A DNA stretch of 32,348 nucleotides from Armatimonadota bacterium (GTDB taxonomy: Bacteria > Armatimonadota > UBA5829 > DTLH01). Each line of letters opens with the position of its first letter. Position 1 is the first letter of the stretch. Below are positions 28,135 through 32,348 of the stretch, one piece after another. The stretch is taken from assembly GCA_039680575.1 (NCBI GenBank), contig JBDKSP010000033.1:1-32348 (forward strand). The letters are read 5' to 3'. The translations under genes and the position numbers were made by a program. The notes under the pieces are model-generated. The model worked only from the letters and a program-made list of their open reading frames with translations, made no database searches and was not told the DNA's origin.

Positions 28135-28228
28135 ACGGCAACCTGGCTGGCATCTCTCGCACTATTTGTGCTTAAGGAAGCTCCATTGGCTTTGCGTCCC
28201 CTTCTTTCGAAGAGTTTGCCTTTTCGAT
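28135..28228 (-). ncRNA. c-di-GMP-I (GEMM) riboswitch
   Basis: Minus strand GGCAAACTCTTC-GAAA-GAAGGGGACGCAAAGCC...TAA..ATG..GCCAGGTTGCCG; hallmark P2 with GNRA loop and GCAAA/ACGCAAAGC. Confidence 0.88.
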
Positions 28229-28248
28229 TTTACTCAGTATATCTTCTA

Positions 28249-28275
28249 TTATTGGCGGTGTTTCTAATATCTTTA
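28249..28275 (-). promoter_or_regulatory. sigma28 (FliA) promoter
   Basis: TAAA-15 bp-GCCAATAA (consensus TAAA-N15-GCCGATAA) just upstream of the riboswitch. Confidence 0.75.
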
Positions 28276-28372
28276 GGGTTAATCGAAATATATTTCCAAT
28301 AATTTTATGGATTTCTGATTACCGCTTTACTGAAACTCAATAATAACTCTGGTTGTCCATAACCTTAGGTCG

Positions 28373-28401
28373 AGTTTATCATCCCTACCCAGGCATGTCA
28401 A
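28373..28401 (-). promoter_or_regulatory. sigma70 promoter pointing toward flgM
   Basis: TTGACA-17 bp-TAAACT with an extended -10 TG. Confidence 0.65.
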
Positions 28402-28502
28402 CTCGTTTGCGACAGCACTATCTTGCCTCACGCTCGTATCGCTAATAGTAAGTTTTCTTTACGGATTCTTTACCACCCGGACCGGGCAGTGAGTTACCCA
28501 CC

Positions 28503-28580
28503 TCACCCACCGGGCGAGCATCCTGCAGACAGGACCACGGTTGCCAGGATTATGGCAGCCAATACTAATTTTCTTAGCAT
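28503..28580 (-). CDS. Tiny lipoprotein MLRKLVLAAIILATVVLSAGCSPGG (extends to 28494 if UGA encodes Sec)
   Basis: Not in the ORF track; strong RBS GGGAGGTGAT, basic N-region, hydrophobic core, lipobox SAGC. Confidence 0.65.
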   Translation of the reverse strand: MLRKLVLAAIILATVVLSAGCSPGG

Positions 28581-28653
28581 CCTAACTATCACCTCCCGAC
28601 CATGGGTTATTATCCCGATACTATTCGTAATATACCGTAAAAAGAGTCGATAT

Positions 28654-29022
28654 CTACTCGATTACTGGCTCTCCCCGAACAATAATCTCGCCTGTTTCGC
28701 GGTCATATTCACGGAAGTAGCATGTAAAATAGTTTCTATGGCAGGCGGCGACCTTCTGGTCGATCCTTATGTTGAGCGATTTTCCTTCGCAGTCGATAGT
28801 TATCGACTTGACTGTCTGCGTGTGGCCGGAAGTCTCGCCTTTCATCATAAGCCGTCCGGCGCTCCGTCGAAAGACATGTACCAGCCCCGTTTCAAGCGTC
28901 TTTTCTAGCGCTTCCATGTTCATATAGCAAAGTGTAAGCACCTCACCCGACTTATCGTCCTGTATAACGGCGGGAATAAGCCCCTGATCGTTGAAAACGA
29001 GCAATTTTACCAGTTCTTTCAA
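28654..29022 (-). CDS. hisI: Phosphoribosyl-AMP cyclohydrolase
   Basis: GLIPAVIQD, YMN.EAL..T, KGETSGHTQ, DC, ACH....CYF. Confidence 0.93.
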   Translation of the reverse strand: MKELVKLLVFNDQGLIPAVIQDDKSGEVLTLCYMNMEALEKTLETGLVHVFRRSAGRLMMKGETSGHTQTVKSITIDCEGKSLNIRIDQKVAACHRNYFTCYFREYDRETGEIIVRGEPVIE

Positions 29023-29024
29023 AC

Positions 29025-29786
29025 CTAAATACTCCTGACTGCGACCCCCCGCTCTGCGAGGTAGTCCTTTATCTGTTTTATTGAATATGTCCGGTAGTGG
29101 ACTATGGAAGCGATCAGCGCCGCATCAGCGCCTCCCGCTGTTAAGGCGTCGTAGATATGTTCCAGTGTCCCAGCCCCTCCCGAAGCGATGACCGGAATAC
29201 CGACCGTATCCGCTACTGTCCTTGTAAGTCCGATGTCGTACCCGGCCTTCGTGCCGTCGCAGTCCATGCTGGTAAGCAGGATTTCACCCGCTCCGAGTTT
29301 TTCGACCTCTACTGCCCATTTTATCGCATCGACTCCCGCTGGCCGGCGTCCGCCGTGCGTGTAGACCTCCCACGAGCCGTCGTTATTCCTCCTGGCATCG
29401 ATCGCGACGACCACGCACTGCGAGCCGAACCTTTCAGCGGCTTCAGTTATAAGCCTGGGGTTCTTCAGCGCTGCTGTGTTCACACTCACCTTGTCCGCGC
29501 CGGTCATCAGGATCGAACGGAAGTCGTCCACCGATTGAATCCCCCCGCCTACAGTGAACGGAATAAAGACTTTTTCGGCTGTCCGGTTAGCGACATCTAT
29601 GATCGTGCCGCGCTTCTCATGGCTCGCAGTAATATCGAGAAAAGTGATCTCGTCCGCGCCTTCAGCGTCGTAGAGTGCAGCAAGTTCTACCGGGTCCCCT
29701 GCGTCCTTTAGATCGACGAATTTGGTCCCCTTGACAACCCTGCCGTCCTTTACATCCAGGCAGGGGATTATTCTCTTCGAAAGCAT
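29025..29786 (-). CDS. hisF: Imidazole glycerol phosphate synthase subunit HisF
   Basis: [47 protein letters not shown]; true start 29786 (the ORF track over-extends). Confidence 0.97.
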   Translation of the reverse strand: MLSKRIIPCLDVKDGRVVKGTKFVDLKDAGDPVELAALYDAEGADEITFLDITASHEKRGTIIDVANRTAEKVFIPFTVGGGIQSVDDFRSILMTGADKVSVNTAALKNPRLITEAAERFGSQCVVVAIDARRNNDGSWEVYTHGGRRPAGVDAIKWAVEVEKLGAGEILLTSMDCDGTKAGYDIGLTRTVADTVGIPVIASGGAGTLEHIYDALTAGGADAALIASIVHYRTYSIKQIKDYLAERGVAVRSI

Positions 29787-29895
29787 AAACCCAGTGTAAC
29801 TTTTAACACACCATCTTTGCAAGACCTCGTCGCAGTATGCGCAACATAGGGTAAGATAACCACGTGAAATGAAAAATCCATTGGGGGAAGTATCG

Positions 29896-30219
29896 ATGGA
29901 TATAGATGAAATAAAACTGTCGAATATCGATTCTCTTTCGGAACTCAGCGGTTTGCCGGAGAGCATCATGGCAAACGACATGGTAAGCGAACTCGAAAAA
30001 GAACTGGTGCGTATGGGCAAACCGGACAAAGATGCCGCTACCATTATACACAAACTGTCAGAGGCCTATGCTAAAGAACGCGAACAGACCGTGCAGGCCT
30101 GTTACATGGCTGGATATCTGAAAGGGCTTGCCGACATGGCGCAAAGGATGAAACACATGCTTGCAAACAGGGACGAAACCGAAACCCGCAGCGGTGAAGC
30201 TCGAAAAAAAGTGGTTTGA
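29896..30219 (+). CDS. Hypothetical helical protein
   Basis: Protein-like composition, GGGGGAAG RBS before ATG 29896, divergent from hisF. Confidence 0.6.
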   Translation: MDIDEIKLSNIDSLSELSGLPESIMANDMVSELEKELVRMGKPDKDAATIIHKLSEAYAKEREQTVQACYMAGYLKGLADMAQRMKHMLANRDETETRSGEARKKVV

Positions 30220-30342
30220 GTTTCAGTTGTCAGCAGGAATCAGTGGAGAGACTGCTAATATTTTATCTCTCCACTAATCCCCATTTCGTATCTTTTTTCG
30301 CGCTTTTTGCGATTTACATGTTATTCGGGGCCGCAGTTCGCC

Positions 30343-30412
30343 CTACCCCGTGGACCTATTGGGCCACAGGAGTAGTAACCGTGGACCTACCAGACCACGG
30401 GGAGAAGCACGA
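30343..30412. repeat. Two tandem copies of the CCGTGG...CCACGG palindromic repeat
   Basis: CTACCCCGTGGACCTATTGGGCCACAGGAGTAG and CCGTGGACCTACCAGACCACGGGGAGAAGCACGA; similar to 5930-5968 and 32278-32311. Confidence 0.7.
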
Positions 30413-30439
30413 TTCTCCACCAATAATCCCTAAATCCCT

Positions 30440-31606
30440 TCACTTCACATCCACGGGCATTCCGCCCGAGCGCATGGACTTGGCGGCAGCGCAGCCGACG
30501 GCGACGCTCATCCTTCCCGCAAGCGGCGTTGCGACCGGCTCTTTGCCGAGCAGCACCATATCCAGGAAGTCTTCACATATCATAGGATCGGCTCCCCCAT
30601 GAGTGCCTTCTGCCGGCCTGATGTCGTAAGTCCTGTCGGCAAGTTCCTTCCATACACCGCACTCACCCGCCAGGCGCGCTGCTGAACTCGGTCCGGGGAC
30701 GGAGCGTCTCATCTTCAACCAGACCTTGCCTTCCGGTTCTGAGTTTTCTATCCTTCCTTCAGTGCCGATGAAGACGTAGTTGCGATGGTAATCCGGCGTA
30801 AAATGGCACTGAAGGTATGATGCCTTGATCCCGCCCTCCATTTCCATTATCACAACGTTATTGTCCTCGACGTTGACCTCTTTTCTAAACGCGCACTGGT
30901 TGAGATTGTCGAAACTCCCTTCAGTGCAGGTGCGTTTGTCCGGGCAGTCGGGACATCTGAGGTCGTTCGGCTTGTCTCCGCCGAAGAAATCGAGGCTTCC
31001 GAACGCCGCGACCCTCTTCGTATACCGTCCCGTGATCCAGTGGATCATATCTATATCGTGCGAGCCCTTCTGTAGAAGAAGTGAGGTAGTATTCTTTCTG
31101 TCAGCGTGCCAGTCATGGTAATAGAACCATCCTCCGAAGCCCACGAAGTGCCGCACCCACACAGCTTTGATCTCCCCTATCGCGCCGGAGTCGACTATCT
31201 CTTTCATCACACGGAAGATGTTCATGTAGCGCATATTGAACCCTACCATGAGGTGCTTGCCGGAGGCTTTCCAGGCTTCCAGTATCCGGTCGCAGCCTTC
31301 CGTAGTGATTGCAAGCGGTTTTTCGCAGAATACATGCTTTCCCGCCTGCAGAGCGGCGATTGCATGCTCCTCATGGCAGTAGTCGGGCGATGTGACCGCT
31401 ACGGCGTCGACATCGCTCCTCTCCAGAAGCGCCCGGTAGTCCGTAGTCGTGAAAATGTCGTCGCCCATCCTCTTGCGGAAGTCTGCCAGGTGGTTTTCGT
31501 TGATGTCGGCGCCGGCTACCATAACCGCGCGCTTACTCTTCTGCCAGTAATTGGCAAGGCTGCCGCGCCCGCAGACTCCAATAGACCCTATTCTCAGCTT
31601 ATCCAT
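30440..31606 (-). CDS. Gfo/Idh/MocA family oxidoreductase
   Basis: IG.CGRG, AGKHVFCEKPLA, MVGFNMRY, HDIDMIHW. Confidence 0.93.
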   Translation of the reverse strand: MDKLRIGSIGVCGRGSLANYWQKSKRAVMVAGADINENHLADFRKRMGDDIFTTTDYRALLERSDVDAVAVTSPDYCHEEHAIAALQAGKHVFCEKPLAITTEGCDRILEAWKASGKHLMVGFNMRYMNIFRVMKEIVDSGAIGEIKAVWVRHFVGFGGWFYYHDWHADRKNTTSLLLQKGSHDIDMIHWITGRYTKRVAAFGSLDFFGGDKPNDLRCPDCPDKRTCTEGSFDNLNQCAFRKEVNVEDNNVVIMEMEGGIKASYLQCHFTPDYHRNYVFIGTEGRIENSEPEGKVWLKMRRSVPGPSSAARLAGECGVWKELADRTYDIRPAEGTHGGADPMICEDFLDMVLLGKEPVATPLAGRMSVAVGCAAAKSMRSGGMPVDVK

Positions 31607-31710
31607 TTCTGCAGCTTTGAATACTCCTTTAAAAAAGCAATCTACTGTTGCGTTAAGCTCTTCACGGGGAAATTCCTGCAGTTATTTGGCGCGTTGGAGC
31701 AGAAAACTGC

Positions 31711-31744
31711 AAAAGCCCGGAATATTGGCTATCCCGGGCTTTTT
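31711..31744. terminator. Rho-independent terminator with U tracts on both strands
   Basis: AAAAGCCCGG-13 nt-CCGGGCTTTT just after the 31764 stop codon. Confidence 0.75.
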
Positions 31745-31763
31745 CGGCTGTCACAGTTGGTCT

Positions 31764-32072
31764 TCAGGCTGTTTCTCTGCCGCTCAGGAACATCTTTATC
31801 TTCTCAATGAGGTTCGAGAACCATCCGGGGCCTCGGCTTTCGTCCGGCAGCAGTTCTTCAGCGATGAGATTCTCATTCAGGCCGCCGTATTGCTCCACGA
31901 ACTCCATTATTGCCTGTTTTACTATATCGGGGTCGCGGTGGAACACACCGTACCAGCCGCAGATAAAACACTCTGTGTTCTCTACTCTGTTGAGCGCGCC
32001 GCAGAAATCGCATACCTTGAAGTCCCGTTCGGAGAACCGGAGCTGCCCTGATTCTCTCTCTTCGCGGTGCAT
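31764..32072 (-). CDS. Small zinc-ribbon hypothetical protein
   Basis: CDFCGALN....ECFICGW (two CxxC); GGGAGGGG RBS; terminator downstream. Confidence 0.7.
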   Translation of the reverse strand: MHREERESGQLRFSERDFKVCDFCGALNRVENTECFICGWYGVFHRDPDIVKQAIMEFVEQYGGLNENLIAEELLPDESRGPGWFSNLIEKIKMFLSGRETA

Positions 32073-32253
32073 CGTTCCACCCCTCCCTTTCGTTTAGCAT
32101 GAATAGGGCTTGCACCCAAGCCCATGAATTATATGCCCGCGCATGTTGGATAATAAACATAGAAAAACAGTGTTGAGGTATGAGTTATGAGGTCAGCTCG
32201 ATACAAAAATTATAACTGAGTAACATCCTGTCTTAATAGCGGGTCAGCTTGAT

Positions 32254-32334
32254 GTAGTGGCCGTCCTCCGTGGCGGCCATCTACCCCGTGGACCCACCGG
32301 ACCACGGGGAGTTCCGCAGGAGCCGGACTCTACC
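32254..32334. repeat. GTAG-type REP / REPIN-like cluster
   Basis: GTAG-TGGCCGTC..GGCGGCCA hairpin, central CCCCGTGG..CCACGGGG hairpin, and an inverted GTAG-AGTCCG..CGGAACT hairpin on the minus strand. Confidence 0.65.
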
Positions 32335-32348
32335 CATGATTGCTACTA

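Noticed and set aside
28423..28908. 161-aa plus-strand ORF
   Set aside because: Antisense to hisI and to the small lipoprotein ORF; no RBS or motifs.
29787..30053. 89-aa N-terminal extension of HisF in the ORF track
   Set aside because: Canonical HisF begins at MLSKRIIP (29786); the extension overlaps the divergent gene on the plus strand.

Overview
Bacterial chromosome segment. The taxon is inferred as probably Armatimonadota or a similar Terrabacteria diderm, from the DUF1559-type prepilin gene, the PEP-CTERM protein and the ffh-rpsP-khpA-ylqD-rimM-trmD-rplS-lepB-rnhB-yraN gene order. Most of the window is housekeeping: that translation cluster, a carbohydrate ABC operon with a GNAT and a PIG-L gene, tatD, a PhoB/PhoR-like pair, an ECF sigma/anti-sigma operon, parAB with an internal parS, flgM, hisI and hisF. 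The most unusual signals are: (1) a GxxExxY PD-(D/E)XK nuclease gene bounded by 41-bp imperfect inverted repeats and a 6-bp direct repeat, resembling a transposase-free mobile element; (2) a RAYT (HUH/Y1) gene with covarying REP-like ends inside the ABC operon, between 36-49-bp direct repeats that regenerate the interrupted gene start; (3) an unannotated tiny lipoprotein ORF whose UGA is followed by a SECIS-like hairpin, a candidate seleno-lipopeptide; (4) a stand-alone flgM with sigma70 and sigma28 promoters and a c-di-GMP-I riboswitch; (5) several intergenic palindromic repeat cassettes. All calls come from reading the sequence by eye; no database searches were run.
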